Below are positions 31,420 to 45,984 of a stretch of 64,000 nucleotides of DNA, in pieces. Every line of letters starts with the position of its first letter. The stretch's first letter is position 1. Under the pieces are notes generated by a model that made no database searches, was not told the origin of the DNA, and saw nothing but the letters and a program-made list of their open reading frames with translations. This stretch comes from Macrostomum lignano. Its lineage: Eukaryota. The position numbers and the translations under genes were made by a program. The DNA lies in assembly GCA_002269645.1 (NCBI GenBank), contig NIVC01003152.1:52354-116353 (forward strand), read 5' to 3'.

Positions 31420-31900
31420 GTCGCTATCTATGAAATAGGTCACGTGATAATCAAGTATCGCTATCTATGAAATAGGTCACGTGATAATCAAGTATCGCTA
31501 TCTATGAAATAGGTCACGTGATAATCAAGTATCGCTATCTATGAAATAGGTCACGTGATAATCAAGTATCGCTATCTATGAAATAGGTCACGTGATAATC
31601 AAGTATCGCTATCTATGAAATAGGTCACGTGATAATCAAGTATCGCTATCTATGAAATAGGTCACGTGATAATCAAGTATCGCTATCTATGAAATAGGTC
31701 ACGTGATAATCAAGTGTCGCTATCTATAAAGTAGGTCACGTAATAATCAAGTATCGCTATATATATATAAAGTAGGTCACGTGATAATCAAGTATCCTAT
31801 GTATGAAGTAGGTCACGTGATAATCATTGATCACGTGCTGCTATCTATAAAGTATGTCATATGATGATCAAGTATCGCTATCTATGATCGTAGGTCACGT
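31420..31900 (+). repeat. 37-bp minisatellite carrying GGTCACGTGA
   Basis: TCGCTATCTATGAAATAGGTCACGTGATAATCAAGTA, about 12 copies, decaying rightwards. Confidence 0.9.
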
Positions 31901-32879
31901 GAGCGTCGGTTTTATTAAAAAATGTATTCTGCGGAAGATTATCGCTGCAAAGCATTAGTAGTATATTTCATTATTTGTCTTTTCGATGTATTGGTAAACG
32001 GGTCATTGGTTTTAAAGATGGATCGAAATATATATTCAATAACATTAGCGTCATCTTTTCCAACTTTTCAACATTTCGGATGCGGTCGTATCTTAGTTTG
32101 AAGATTTCTTATCAAGAATTTTTATCAAATTCACATTTTTTAATATTGGCTTATGTCTTTTATCTAGCTAGCCTAGAGGGATTGTATGGGGGGCATTGGG
32201 AGGCTGGCCCAGTGTGCCATTCATTGGCTGACTTGTTTCAGCTGCATCAGCATCATATACTTGAGCAGTCGTGCTTGTAGAAAGTCCCCAGAGAAGCATA
32301 GAAGTGGATTATTATAACGCGATAGACAGCTAGATTAAGTTCCTCAAGCGTGTCAGCATTTCGATTTTTCCTGCAACTCTTGCATCGGATTAGATACTTC
32401 TAGTCAGATATTTATCCTAGGACTTCTCAGCGGAGTGGAGCAGCGAGTACGTGTGTTGTTTGCAAGCTTGTCTAACTAATTAAGCTCAAGTGAGTTACAT
32501 ATGCATTTTGGGTTACATGTGGTGTTCTCTATTTTCAATTAGTGCCCGTGTGCATGTGCACCCTGGCGCACTTTACATGTAAGCGACATTGTCACACAAC
32601 CGGCGGGAGGCATTAATTACTGCCCATAATTATACGAACAGGCACACACACACAGGAGTGCACAGCGGCCCTAACTTTATTTATCGTTAGGCATGTACAC
32701 TTCACTGTGCCTTTGTGGTTGTGCCTCGGGGGGCGTTAGTTGCCATGTCTATATTATCCAATGCACTTAGACACACGAAATGCCTCGAAAGTTGTCTGAA
32801 AATACGAGTTGATATAAGTAAACAAGCTTTTAATTCTATACCTAGCTGTAAATTTCACGTTTACATTTTATGAGTGCGG

Positions 32880-34030
32880 TGAGAAATACCCCTCGCTTTC
32901 TAGACTAAGGCTAGTTGAGAAATACTCCTCGCTTTCTAGACTAAGGCTAGTTGAGAAATACCCCTCGATTTCTTGATTAGGCTACTAGTTGAGAAATACC
33001 CCTCGCTTTCTAGACTGAAGCTAGTTGAGAAATAGAAATACCCCTCGATTATAGACTAGACTAGTTGAGAAATACCCCTCGCTTTCTAAACTAGGCTCGT
33101 TCAGAAATACTCCTCGCTTTCTTGACTAAGACTAGTTGAGAAATACCCCTCGATTTCTTGATTAGGCTACTAGTTGAGAAATACCCTCGCTTTCTAGACT
33201 GAAGCTAGTTGAGAAATAGAAATACCCCTCGATTACCAGACTAGACTAGTTGAGAAATACCCCTCGCTTTCTAAACTAGGCTCGTTGAGAAATACTCCTC
33301 GCTTTCTTGACTAAGACTAGTTGAGAAATACCCCTCCCTCTCTAGACTAAGGCTAGTTGAGAAATACCCCTCCCTCTCTAGACTAAGGCTAGTTGAGAAA
33401 TACCCCTCCCTCTCTAGACTAAGGCTAGTTGAGAAATACCCCTCCCTCTCTAGACTAAGGCTAGTTGAGAAATACCCCTCCCTCTCTAGAATAAGGCTAG
33501 TTGAGAAATACCCATCGCTTTCTACACAAAGGCTAGTTGAGAAATACCCCCTCGCTTTCTTGACTAAGACTAGTTGAGAAATACCCCTCCCTCTCTAGAC
33601 TAAGGCTAGTTGAGAAATACCCCTCCCTCTCTAGACTAAGGCTAGTTGAGAAATACCCCTCCCTCTCTAGACTAAGGCTAGTTGAGAAATACCCCTCCCT
33701 CTCTAGACTAAGGCTAGTTGAGAAATACCCCTCCCTCTCTAGAATAAGGCTAGTTGAGAAATACCCATCGCTTTCTACACAAAGGCTAGTTGAGAAATAC
33801 CCCCTCGCTTTCTTGACTAAGGCTAGTTGAGAAATACCCCTCGCTTTCTAGACTAATTGGCTAGTTGAGAAATACCCCTTGCTTCCTAGACTAAGACTAG
33901 TTGAGAAATACTCCTCGATTTCTTGATTAGGCTACTAGTTGAGAAATAACCCTCGCTTTCTAGACTGAAGCTAGTTGAGAAATAGAAATACCCCTCGATT
34001 TCCTGATTAGGCTAGTTGAGAAATCCCCCT
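32880..34030 (+). repeat. ~36-bp minisatellite with higher-order duplications
   Basis: GAGAAATACCCCTCGCTTTCTAGACTAAGGCTAGTT and variants. Confidence 0.9.
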
Positions 34031-34734
34031 TGTGTGCTAGATAATCTCAGAAATATCCCTTGACTGCTAGTCTACACTACAATAGTTGATCAATACCCAC
34101 TATGAAGCCACTATGTTTAAATGAGAAGTATTTTCAGAATCCTATATACCCTCCAAAGAGCGTATACTATACTAGCTATACAATGTCTGCAGATTCTCTC
34201 GTCCCCTGCAGCTATACTTTCATGAATTACTATCATGAAGGAGAAACAATACATATCTATACTCCATAAATCATAAAACCATGGGAATTACATGTACCGT
34301 ATGTATTACTAAGATAAGAGCTAATTCAATCATTCCTATTTGCAGATAGTATGGCAGATCAAATAGCTACATTTGCAATCAATTTGTGTCCTGTTCATGA
34401 CGTCCTCCATCATTTAGAATTGGCTCAATTATTTGTAACTGCAAGTTTTACGGGAAATTATAGGCCTGCGATAGGAGTGCATGTTATAATTCTCTTTGTT
34501 CTGCGATCATATTACTTTTGTAATAAGCATTGGTCATGCTTTATTTGTTACTGCTGCTACACTTAACTAATGCTACCCCTAGCTAATTGTACTTTATGCT
34601 GTCCTAATCGACTCATACTATTTCTCTATAATAGCTTTTTCATTGCTGTGCATGCGTGCATGTACTTTTGGCGATTTGCGCAAACTCTGGTGGTTTCTCA
34701 ACTATTGAGATATTCTTGCTAAGTAATCAGACAA

Positions 34735-35005
34735 TCAGAAAGACAGACAGACAGACACAGACAGACACACAGACACTAAGACAGACAGACCGACACTAAG
34801 ACAGACACACAGACAGACACACAGACAGACAGACAGACACACAAAGAGACACACAGACACTAAGACAGACAGACAGACAGACAGACACACAGACAGATAG
34901 ACACTAAGGCAGACAGAGAGACAGACAGACACACAGAGAGACACACAGACACTAAGACAGACAGACAGAGAGACACACAGACACTTGCAGGCAGGCAGGC
35001 AGGCA
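34735..35005 (+). repeat. Compound (GACA)n/(CA)n microsatellite
   Basis: Direct reading. Confidence 0.9.
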
Positions 35006-37005
35006 AACACACAGAAGCAATAGGATGTCCTGCATAATTTGCGCAGCTCCACGAATGCTTCATCAAACTCTTCTCAAATCAGTCCTCAAAGCCATGTCCG
35101 CGCGCCTCTCAGCTTCTCAAGTTGCTTTTACGGAGGAATTCTTAAACATTCTCTCTCCCTTCCATGCCGCCGCCCTCAAATCACTTGAATTCGTCCGGCT
35201 TGAGAGTGTCCGACTTGATTGACCTCCACTGCAATGCAACAGGCCGCGCTTGGCCCTCGGCAGAAATCAATTTTAATAGCCAATGTATAGCTGCAGTATA
35301 TAATGCAGACCAGCTGAAGTCTTGACTAGATTTCGCCTGCTAGCTATAATGTGATTACTGCCTGTGGTCGGTCGGTCGGCCGGTCAGTTAGTTAGTTAGT
35401 TGGCTCCAAGCTCGGCTCCTTGGATTAGTACGAAATCGAATGCTTGAGAACGTTTCAAAGGCACCTAACTGTTGTTGTTGTTAAACGAAAGGGTCCTAGG
35501 GGACCCGCGGATCAGCCCTGGGGTGGGCTCTGCCGCGAGGGGCACTTCCAGGGGCCAAGGCAGTATCTGTCCAGGGCCCGAGATACCCCATGGATTGGAT
35601 TGGACCCGGCTCAAAGCGCGGGGGGGGGGGCGGGTTAGACCCAAGCCTACGGTACAAGACACCGCCAAACCAACAGTGGAATCAGGGACGGTGCTAGGAC
35701 CGAGTCCACCCAGGCCACCCCCCAGCAGACAAGTCCTTGGGAGTGCGCGAAAAAACATAATTGGAATTACTGAAAAAGCCGTCCAAGAGCGGGGAAACCC
35801 AGAAGTCTTGGAAAAGGGCTAACTATTGGAGAGAGTCTGGGCAGCTATTTACCAAGAGCGATCCTATACAGCAACCGCATAAACTGTAGGTCTCGAGCCT
35901 CAAGGCTTTTCACTACCCAGCTCTATATTGGAGTGAGTCTGGAAGGCTTGTATCCGAGGGGGAGACTCTAGGCGGACATGGCAATACCTCTATTGCTACC
36001 AACCCAAGGGCATCGCCTATCCAGCTCAATATTGGAGGCCAGGCCAAGGGGTCGGGAGAGAGGCACCCAGGGCAAGAGGACTCCGGACTCAGTCGGTTGT
36101 CCCCGGTTCGGGACGAACATCCTTCCCAGGACACCAATCCACTGTCAGGATGAGAGCCAGAGACACGCAAGCAGGGACCTTCAGCAGGAGCCAGGAGATG
36201 GACCCGAGGACAGGGCAAGATGGACCGGGCAAGGGCAGAGCTCATAACTCCGAAGAATTGGAAGGCTTCTAGTGGCCAGATAAAAGAATAAAAAGATAAA
36301 AGCCACAAAGGCACAAAGCTAAGGGATAAAACAGCGCTGGGATGCCAGCCCAGAAAAAAAGAATGGCAGAAGGAGGAGCACCATAGCCCTAGAGCAGGCA
36401 GCTTGCCGACCTGCAGCCCGGGTGCTCAGCCTCAGGGCTGGCAGTCTACTGGGTCTACCGTACACCTTTGTGAATTGGTCATGCTTTCCTGCAGGGCGGG
36501 TACGACCGGGGGGCTCAAGTCCCGACCTAGCCACACTGCAGTCCAGAGAGACAACTCACTCCGGGCACCACCCCCCCCCCCCTAAACCAGGGCCGAGGGC
36601 CGAAATTGGATATAGAAAAAATAGGGTTTATTTTTAGAACGGGCACAGCCCCTCCGGGGCGGACCCTTAGAAATTGGCATAGCCAATCGGATTGCGTACA
36701 ACCCTTAGACAAGCTACCAGAGAGGCAACCAGGGTAAAAACAGTCAGAGAAAGTAGTTGAGATAAGAGCTGGACGAGAAACTCTCTTGTTAAAGTCCCCC
36801 AACAGAATCCTTCATTTTCGTTTGAGAATTAATTAATTAATATCGTTAAGTAATTATTTGGCAAATAATCTGCATTAGTCTTTAAAGACAGTTTCTAGAA
36901 TGAGTAGAAAACTGGAACACTAAATAATTATTCGTAACTTAGGCGCACGTACGCGCTAATTATAATAACAAATATTTTAAGTGTCCTATTATAACTACTT
37001 AGAGC

Positions 37006-37354
<349 letters not shown>

Positions 37355-37922
37355 AAACCGTTTCTCTTGACATTCAGATTGAGATCCTTTCCATTTGATT
37401 CGCATTTTAATTAATTAAAACTGCTTCTCATCAGCAGCAGTACTACTGCCAGTTTGTTTTAAACTGTCAGTAGTATAGTTGAACATTAAATCTGACTTTT
37501 ATAGGCACTCCTATGCATCGTAAAAATATAGTAGGGATCTAGGGAGATTCCGATGTAGATTTCTCTCTTTATGATGATGATATTGCTGATTATTTTAAGG
37601 ATTAAACAGCTATAGCTTTCTCTTTGCAGGCCTGTTTCCCAACTCTGTTCTCAAATATTTGCTCAGCAGCTTAAGGCTAGCTGCGATCCCTGCTCTCGAC
37701 ATTTCTGTTGCTCTCAAATGCTCGCAGATTTTGCCATTGCTCTGGGAAATTCCTGAGCTCCGTGTGCGAAGGAAGGGAAACAAGTAGAAGGTTTGAAATA
37801 TTTTCATTTAGCTGTGCTTGCGGAGCAATGAGATATTGGGATGATGCTTAGGGCTTTGTATAGCTCAATATATGCAGAATAAACAGCTTTTTAATCTCGT
37901 CCTTGATTGTAAGGACACAGTG

Positions 37923-38668
37923 TATTGCTAATCTAGCTGACATGATGAAGGCATTGAATGGATTGCTAATCTAGCCAACATCATGGATGAAGGAATAGAA
38001 TGGATTGCTAATCTAGCCAACATCATGAATGAAGGAATAGAATGGATTGCTAATCTAGCCAACATCATGAATGAAAGAATACAAGCTAGAATGGATTGCT
38101 AACCTAGCAAACATCATGAATGAAGGAATAGAATGGATTGCTAATCTAGCCATCAATATCATGGATGAAGGAATATAATGGATTGCTAATCTAGCCAAAC
38201 ATCATGAATGAAGGAATAGAATAGATTACTAATCTAGCCAACATCATGGATGAAGGAATAGAATGGATTGCTAATCTAGCCAACATCATGAATGAAGGAA
38301 TAAAATGGATTGCTAATCTAGCCAACATCATGAATGAAAGAATACAAGCTAGAATGGATTGCTAATCTAGCCAACATCATGAATGAAGGAATAGAATGGA
38401 TTGCTAATCTAGCCATCAACATCAGGGATGAAGAAATAGAATGGATTGCTAATCTAGCCATCAACATCATGGATGAAGAAATAGAATGGATTGCTAATCC
38501 AGCCAACATCATGGATGAAGGAATAGAATGGAGTGCTAATCTAGCCAACATCATTGATGAAGAAATAGAATGGATTGCTAATCTAGCCAACATCATGGAT
38601 GAAGAAATAGAATGGATTGCTAATCTAGCCATCAACATCAGGGATGAAGAAATAGAATGGATTGCTAA
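37923..38668 (+). repeat. 42-bp dispersed minisatellite, array 1
   Basis: GAATGGATTGCTAATCTAGCCAACATCATGGATGAAGGAATA units. Confidence 0.92.
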
Positions 38669-40654
38669 TGATGAGGACGCACTTTTTCCCAAATCCCGCG
38701 CTAGCGCATGGGCTCGAAACTTACTAGCCTACTAACAGTGGGCGATGGGCATTTTTATCCTTTTTCTGCGAATAGTCATAGAATCTATACTAGATATAAT
38801 GTCTGGCCATACTAGTAGTCATAATAACATAGGCATTGCTTTTTGGGTCATAAATCATCGCTTTCGAAGCTGGTCTGACAGCCACCTGCGCCTCACTCAG
38901 TGTTGAGACGGGCGCCAGATGGTCTGAGAGGATGCGGGCGGTAGCTTTTTTCTCATCATTTTGACAGGCCATCAAGATTTATGAGGTCAGAGCCTATTGT
39001 TCGGATTCACTCAAGCGTGTGACAGCTTTGACAGCTATGCGTTTTACCCCTAAAAGTACTTTGGGATTAGCAATTAGCGATTTCTCTTCATTATCTTCAC
39101 TTTCTATTTAATAAGAGCTTTCTAATGTATATTTTTTCATTAATTTCTGTCAATCCTACGCGAAAAGTCATAAATCATTTTGTTGCGATTTTGAGTGATT
39201 TATGGCCGCACCTGTCATCTTTTTACGACCCTGTGGGAACTGATAGGATCTCTCGGTCACGTGATTCTGGGTGGCAACAAGCTTAGCCAATCAGAAAATT
39301 CGGCGCTCATTTTAACAAAACGGCTCAGCCAATCAGAATCGACGTGTTCCATTATAACAAAATGCGGTCCAGTTGGCGGCTATTTAAACCGGAGTTTTTG
39401 GCCCGCTCGGACACACCTCTTGCTCGGGTCCAGCACGCAACTTCTGGTTCCCGGAGCGCGACCGTCGTTTCTTGATCCCCGGATTGCGACTTCCCCCCAT
39501 CATCATCAAGGACGAATCCCCCGGTCGTCAGCAGCGAACATCAAGCGAAGATCATCACCTGCTAGCTATCAGCGAAGATTGTGTCAGCATCATCCCGAGT
39601 CTACAGCTACAGAGCATCAAGCCGATTCGGTCACTGTGGATTACCTGGTCTCCGGCTGTTGAGTTTCTGATTGGTTGGGTGAGAGGCTACCTAGACTTGC
39701 TTGATTGGGTGATCCCCTATCTGTCCCCTGTTTCAGTAGCTGAGTTAGGCGCACACTTTTGCTCATTTTGTTCAGCAGTGCTGTTACCGAGGCAGAAATC
39801 ATTCAATAATACTGCTAGTAGTCTGAAACTCCAATTTGATCCGAAGTGTGAAGTGATCTAAGGAGAAGGTTAAATCTGACAGTTATTTTTATCGGTTTTA
39901 GTTCTTTGTTCGCCGATGGCTCAGATGAGTAGCTAAGCTAGTAGGCGCCGGTCACAGTGGACCAATGGCAAGGCGGTTCTCAGTCGATCAATCAATCAAA
40001 TCAGTGAGCAAAACTGCCAGAAGTGCAGAATCGGCGCCAGAGATGTACTTTGTGCACTCTGGGTTAGCCAAGCGGCTCGGGTAATGAATCATGCGGTCTC
40101 TGAAGTTCGAGTTAGTCTATCATCAGCGCTATGAGAGGCTAGTTGGCGCGTTGAAGGCCAAAAGTACCTATCTTCGTATTTAGCAATCTAATAGTACATG
40201 TAGCTACCCCATAGACTCGCCACTGCAAGAATTCCCTGCACAAGTCCCCTCTGTACCTGCATGGCCAATGCGATCTAGTCCCAGCAGTGTTCCTTATCAT
40301 CGGCTATGACTTCGAGATTGACAGCAAAAAGACACTAGTTGGCAGGTAAGTGCAAAGCCCCTTCTAGTCGGAAGCCCGATTTCGAGAGTCCCGGTGTGGT
40401 GAGCCAGGACGCACGGGCTGGTGGCAGCGAGTTAGCTTAACTGCGGATTAGCTAATTTCTACCTTCAAAATTCTCCCTGCTTGTCTCTCGCTGTCCCTCT
40501 CTTAGCTATAGGACCTAGACTGCTCGCCACACGATCAAGCTACCATGGGGCTGACCATCTGACAGGAGTGGGGGGCCAGGACTCTAATTGATTTATTTCT
40601 GAGGCCTGAGGCCCGAAGGCTTCCTAACAAGGGGCCCGAAGGTCGAAACCCATC

Positions 40655-40745
40655 ACTAATCTAGCCATCAACATCATGGATGAAGAAATAGAATGGATTG
40701 CTAATCCAGCCAACATCATGGATGAAGGAATAGAATGGATTGATA
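40655..40745 (+). repeat. 42-bp dispersed minisatellite, array 2 (about 2 units)
   Basis: Same unit as 37923-38668. Confidence 0.85.
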
Positions 40746-41454
40746 ATAAAAAGCTTCTGGTAAAAGTCTGTTTGGCGACTAGCTAACGGCTTTTGATTTC
40801 CCGGAAAAATGGGGAAAATGGATCTTTTTCCTATGCAATGTCAATACTCCTCAATATCTTGATTTCAATTCTGCCTCATCAAGCAATCCTATTTGGTCAC
40901 TGCTCGCCCCTCTGCCCTCTCCCATAAGCTGCTTATCTCTCTCCAACAGTTATATATGTCTTGAGAGAAAATTAATTCCGCATGAAAAATCAATTTTGAC
41001 TGAGGTCTCATCAGCCTTATTCGAAATATTGATCAGTTTGCCGGAGAAGTGAGAGAGAACAGATCTTACTTCGGGCAGTTGCAGGAATTTGATTTGCCAG
41101 CAGCAGCTCATCAATGAGGATTGGACAAATTGAAAAGTACAATATTTCAACTGTCTTGCTGTTGAAACTTCAGTCGGTTGCTGCTTGCAGTTTAAGTATG
41201 ACCTGTCATTGGCTGAAGCATAAGCTTTGAATCTGTATATACTGCAGTTTTTCATATTAATATCTAGTTATCATATTGCACTTGTTTCTCATTGCAAGTT
41301 TTTCGCTCTCTTTTCAATCATGGTAAGTCATGTTCTAAGTGCATGTTGAATTTAAACATTCACAAGTATTTGTGTCCTTGAGAAAAACGCTTAACTCTGC
41401 ATTGCTTCAGTTCACCCAGCTGTAAATGGGTGCCAGCATTAGCTGGGGTAATTG

Positions 41455-41458
<4 letters not shown>

Positions 41459-41524
<66 letters not shown>
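41459..41524 (+). repeat. (GT)n microsatellite
   Basis: Direct reading. Confidence 0.95.
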
Positions 41525-41525
<1 letters not shown>

Positions 41526-41651
41526 CGATCCCCCCACCTAGTCCTTGGACTGATCAGCGCTTGAGCTAACTATCACCTGTCAATCACTAAAATGTTGCGT
41601 CATCCGATTGCCCCCTCTTCCGAGTAAGCAGCCTCGCAATCGAGCTCGCAG

Positions 41652-44600
41652 TGCCCGCCCCACAATGAGCGGCAGTCATTCGGCTCTCCGACACAGCCTG
41701 AGCGAGGGCGCCAGCATGCAGCTGTGCTACCGAAACGACGCAGCTTCCGATATTGATGAAGATGGCGATGAGGATTTAAGCGGCCCAGATGGCGGCCGCC
41801 AAAGCGAATGGCAGAAATTTCGTAGACCGCCAAAATCTCTGCAGGTGTGAATTATTGGTTCACGAAGTTAGAAATAACTTTTAGTTGATAAATTTTAGTG
41901 AGTTATTTTACTTCCGCCCAACACAAGGCCTAACTCTCTCACCTGAACTGGCTACCGCTCAACACTAGCCCTAATTATCTCACCTGAACTTGCCCCTGTC
42001 CAACACTAGCGCCCTAATTATCTCACCTGAACTCGCTCCGCCCAAGCCCAACACTATCCCTAATTATCTCACCTTATCTCACCTTACCCCCCCCCCCCTA
42101 CATTTTTCAGATCTGTCCGCTCGGCAGTTTATCAATGAAACAAATAAAAACGGAGAAAGAGGTAAGTCCGATCTTTAATGCTAAGGGTTGCGTTTACTTT
42201 AAGTCAATTTTCGTTACTCTAAGAAAACAAAAGATCGTCCTTGTGAAGTACTTCAAGAGAGTGCAAAACACTTGTTGATTTAAACAAAAACACAACAAGA
42301 CAATTACCTCCCATCAACTCGCCAATGCAATATTAAAACTATAGTTTTGTTTTAAGCTATTTAAACTGTCCATTAATATTTCTCTAATAAAATCTATAAT
42401 TTTAGCGAGCCTGAGGTTTTTGCCAATGCGTTAATAGAGAAAGAAAGTTCTTTTGGTATTTTCGAACTTGAAAAAAAACATTGACAACTAAAGTAAGAAC
42501 GCTACACTCCGGCAATTGGTGCGAGGCCATGGAGGCTCGCTGAAGGCCAGTGTTCGCTGCAAAATGCATTAGCGAGATTGGATGCTTTTTTAGCACTGGT
42601 TTAATAATTTATTTTCACATGCTCAACTTCCGAATCGCAATCAGGCGAATGGAGCAAGTGTGCGTTTTGTCCCAAGGTTGGTGCACTTATGTCTAGCTTG
42701 ATTATAATCAGAGAAATGAGACCGTCATGCAAAAATGCGAATCCGTTAAGACAACAATCAAAGGAGCATTTTTGTACAGTTTCCTGTCTTAATTTAAGTT
42801 GATTATCGATTGGTCAACATTAGTTTTAATCAAGCTTTGAAAAAGCGATTCGAATGTTCACCTCATGCTACTGTTGCGCTAGTCTAGATAGGCAGTTGTG
42901 TCTTACTACTCTCTCTCCCTCCGCGCGCTCTGGTTGGGCCAGTGGGTCAGGCCGGGTTTGGAGGCTCACCCTGGCCTGACCTACGAGTACTTGTCTTTTC
43001 TGCCCTCTCTCAGACGCCGCGGCTCGTGATTGGCTGGCCGGCGGGATGGGGTGTCGTGGCTGCCCGCTGACTGCCCCGCCCCCCCCATCTCTCTCCCACC
43101 CCTCTGCTCTGCTATTTAAAGCGCGCCTCCACTAACTTCAAGTATTTGTCGTTTCGTCTTTTCTCCCCTCTCTTGCTTTGGGACTACCGCGCAAAACTCA
43201 GTTAAATGTATGGATGGACATCGTGACCATGGCCAGTAAACCACAAAAGCCAGCGGAAGCGAGCTGTGAACTCTCTCGCAGTTGGAGGGACCCAGTTGCC
43301 GGTAAACGTCCCTGGGCCGTCTCGAGCAAAGCAAACACTATAAAAAAAATAATTATAAATCATATTTCTCTAAAACAACCGTTTCAAGCCCCAATCAAAG
43401 CTGCGCACCCGCCGACCACTTGAGCCGGAGCTGCTAGCCGCCTGCTCAGCTTTGAACGACTTGCTCATAAGCAGCGGCGAAACAGTTGGACATGACACGT
43501 GTGGTGGCAGCGGTGATATCGATTGGTCAACGTTATGCGGCAGCTCCGACGGAATTAGCGCTCAACAGGCCAGGTTGAAGGCGGAAGCTGAGCTGGCCAT
43601 GGCTCAGGTGCGCGTTCTTTGACTAAATCTCAGAAGTTCCCGTTCCCTACATCATATATTCTTAACATTTACGTGTCCTCTTGCGTCTACATCCCCTAGA
43701 TACTCGTTCCTAACATCTGCTTCCTGAATACGTTCCCTACATCTACCGTTCCCTACATCTCTACTGTTCCCTACATCTACTGTTCCCTACATCTCTACTG
43801 TTCCCTACATCTACCGTTCCCTACATCTTTACTGTTCCCTACATCTACCGTTCCCTACATCTCTACTGTTCCCTACATCTACCGTTCCCTACATCTTTAC
43901 TGTTCCCTACATCTACCGTTCCCTACATCTCTACTGTTCCCTACATCTACCGTTCCCTACATCTCTACCGTTCCCTACATCTACCGTTCCCTACATCTCT
44001 ACTGTTCCCTACATCTACCGTTCCCTACATCTCTACTGTTCCCTACATCTCTACTGTTCCCTACATCTACCGTTCCCTACATCTCTACTGTTCCCTACAT
44101 CTACCGTTCCCTACATCTCTACTGTTCCCTACATCTACCGTTCCCTACATCTTTACTGTTCCCTACATCTACCGTTCCCTACATCTCTACTGTTCCCTAC
44201 ATCTACCGTTCCCTACATCTCTACTGTTCCCTACATCTCTACTGTTCCCTACATCTCTACTGTTCCCTACATCTACCGTTCCCTACATCTCTACTGTTCC
44301 CTACATCTACCGTTCCCTACATCTTTACTGTTCCCTACATCTACCGTTCCCTACATCTACCGTTCCCTACATCTCTACTGTTCCCTACATCTACCGTTCC
44401 CTACATCTCTACTGTTCCCTACATCTACCGTTCTCTACAAACCGTTTCCTACACATCTACCGTTCCCTACATCTACCGTTCCCTACATCTACCATTCTCT
44501 AAAATTTATTGTTAACTACATCTCTCTCTCATTCTGCATTCTGCAACTCTTGAATTTTTTAAGTTAGAGACCCACAGACCAGACATATTACTTTTTCAGT

Positions 44601-45465
44601 AGTAAATACAGTTTCTGCAGTAAAAACGTCAAACACTCTCTCGAACCCGCAGGCCGAGCCAATGGCCCGAATGCAGCTGCAGATTGAGCGCTCAATTTTG
44701 CCAAAAAGCTTGCCAAATGTTTTTCAAGATTTGAGCTGCGTCTCATTGATTGAACTGCAAAAAGTACAGCAAGATCTGCTAGATAGAGTCAAGGGTAAGA
44801 AGCTGGGACTAATTATAAAGGGAGGGGTGATACTACAATGAAAGCTTCTGCATAAATTAAAGTTCAAATTGCATCCACTAATAGGCTTCAACGAACAGCT
44901 TGTGGGCTGTCTTATCGAACGAGATTCACTACAAATGGAACAGGACTCGATGCTGGTTGAGGTTGAAGATCTGACTCGGTACGATTGTACGATTTTTGAT
45001 AATTTTAACAAATATCATTTTTTATGCGAAGAAAGTTTACAATGTGTAAAAACAGTGAAGAAAACGTGAATCTACATAAAATTAAATGCAACTTTTTTCT
45101 GCCTCGTTAAAGGTATTTTTAAACTGGAAAAATATACTCGCATTTCCAATACAAAATATATAGAAGTGACACTTTTCCAACTAAAGAAGTCGCCAAATAG
45201 ATCATATAGTATTCCAACTCCTAAAATTTCGTTTGTTTCACTCAATTTTTAATATTTTTTCTTTTATAGATATTATCTACCATTTACAACATTTATTATT
45301 AAAGTAGCGACTGAATTTAAATTTGTTAATATGCATCCTAAAGTTGAAGTTTTTAAAAAAAGTTTTTAAATACTTTAACTAATAACCGCGATCCATCGCA
45401 TCACGCCCAACCGTTTCAGGCGGTCTCGAGAACTCATTCAACGACTTGGCGCCAGGAAAGACTAA
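41652..45465 (+). CDS. SCHIP1: Schwannomin-interacting protein 1 (SCHIP1)-like; exons ~41652-41844, 42111-42161, 43389-43607, 44653-44794, 44885-44978, 45420-45465; 5' end uncertain (candidate upstream exon 40215-40345)
   Basis: SLSEGASMQLCYRND (cf. LQSGMNLQICFVND), QARLKAEAELAMAQ|AEPMARMQLQIE (cf. [23 protein letters not shown]), FNEQLVGCLIERDSLQMEQDSMLVEVEDLTR (cf. [31 protein letters not shown]). Phases match at all junctions. Confidence 0.86.
43730..44495 (+). repeat. 16/18-bp two-unit minisatellite in SCHIP1 intron
   Basis: GTTCCCTACATCTACC and GTTCCCTACATCTCTACT interspersed. Confidence 0.92.
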
Positions 45466-45984
45466 AAATCAAAGTAAAATTTTCCAGCCAACTGATTGTA
45501 TTATTATTATTGAAACGCGCAGAATTTGTTATAAATGTATGTCAATATGTAATATTCAAATGAAGTACTCACAACATACGAGGTATATTGCTATTTAGGT
45601 ATAAAAGCATTTTCATTGTTGTCAAACAAATGATTAATACAACCAATCTACTTTACGCTACTTTGGTTAAAAAATAAGACATTTTATTTATTGGATATTT
45701 TATCATTTATTTAATTAGCTAGATCTAATAAATTAAATGATATTATTAATAGCGTTTGAACGTCTAGTTTAGAGTTATATAAGACGACGACTGCATAAAA
45801 TTTAACTACTATACAGCTATACGCAACCCTTCGAAATGAGAGTATAAGCCTATGTAATTGACGCTTAAGAAACTTTGTCAATCAACCTCTCAGAACTGTC
45901 ATCAATTATAACAAACCTGAATTTACATTATAATTACACGCCCACAAGTGTCACACTGAAGATGTTTCTTGAACTTGCACGGCT

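Noticed and set aside
35025-35225. bHLH-like fragment (..[12 protein letters not shown]) on the minus strand
   Set aside because: Needs frameshifts and stops to assemble, and runs into a microsatellite; insufficient support.
35440-36800. GC-rich block with LLGDFN (APE-like) and an (AAC)n end
   Set aside because: Probably a degraded interspersed repeat, but a single short motif is not enough to classify it.
38318-38735. EWIANLANIM / ARLAIHS repeat ORFs (also at 47.1 and 58-59 kb)
   Set aside because: Products of the 42-bp minisatellite, intronic or intergenic, with no splice support.
40940-41230. Possible SCHIP1-region exon after CCAACAG
   Set aside because: All frames contain stops; no homology recognised.
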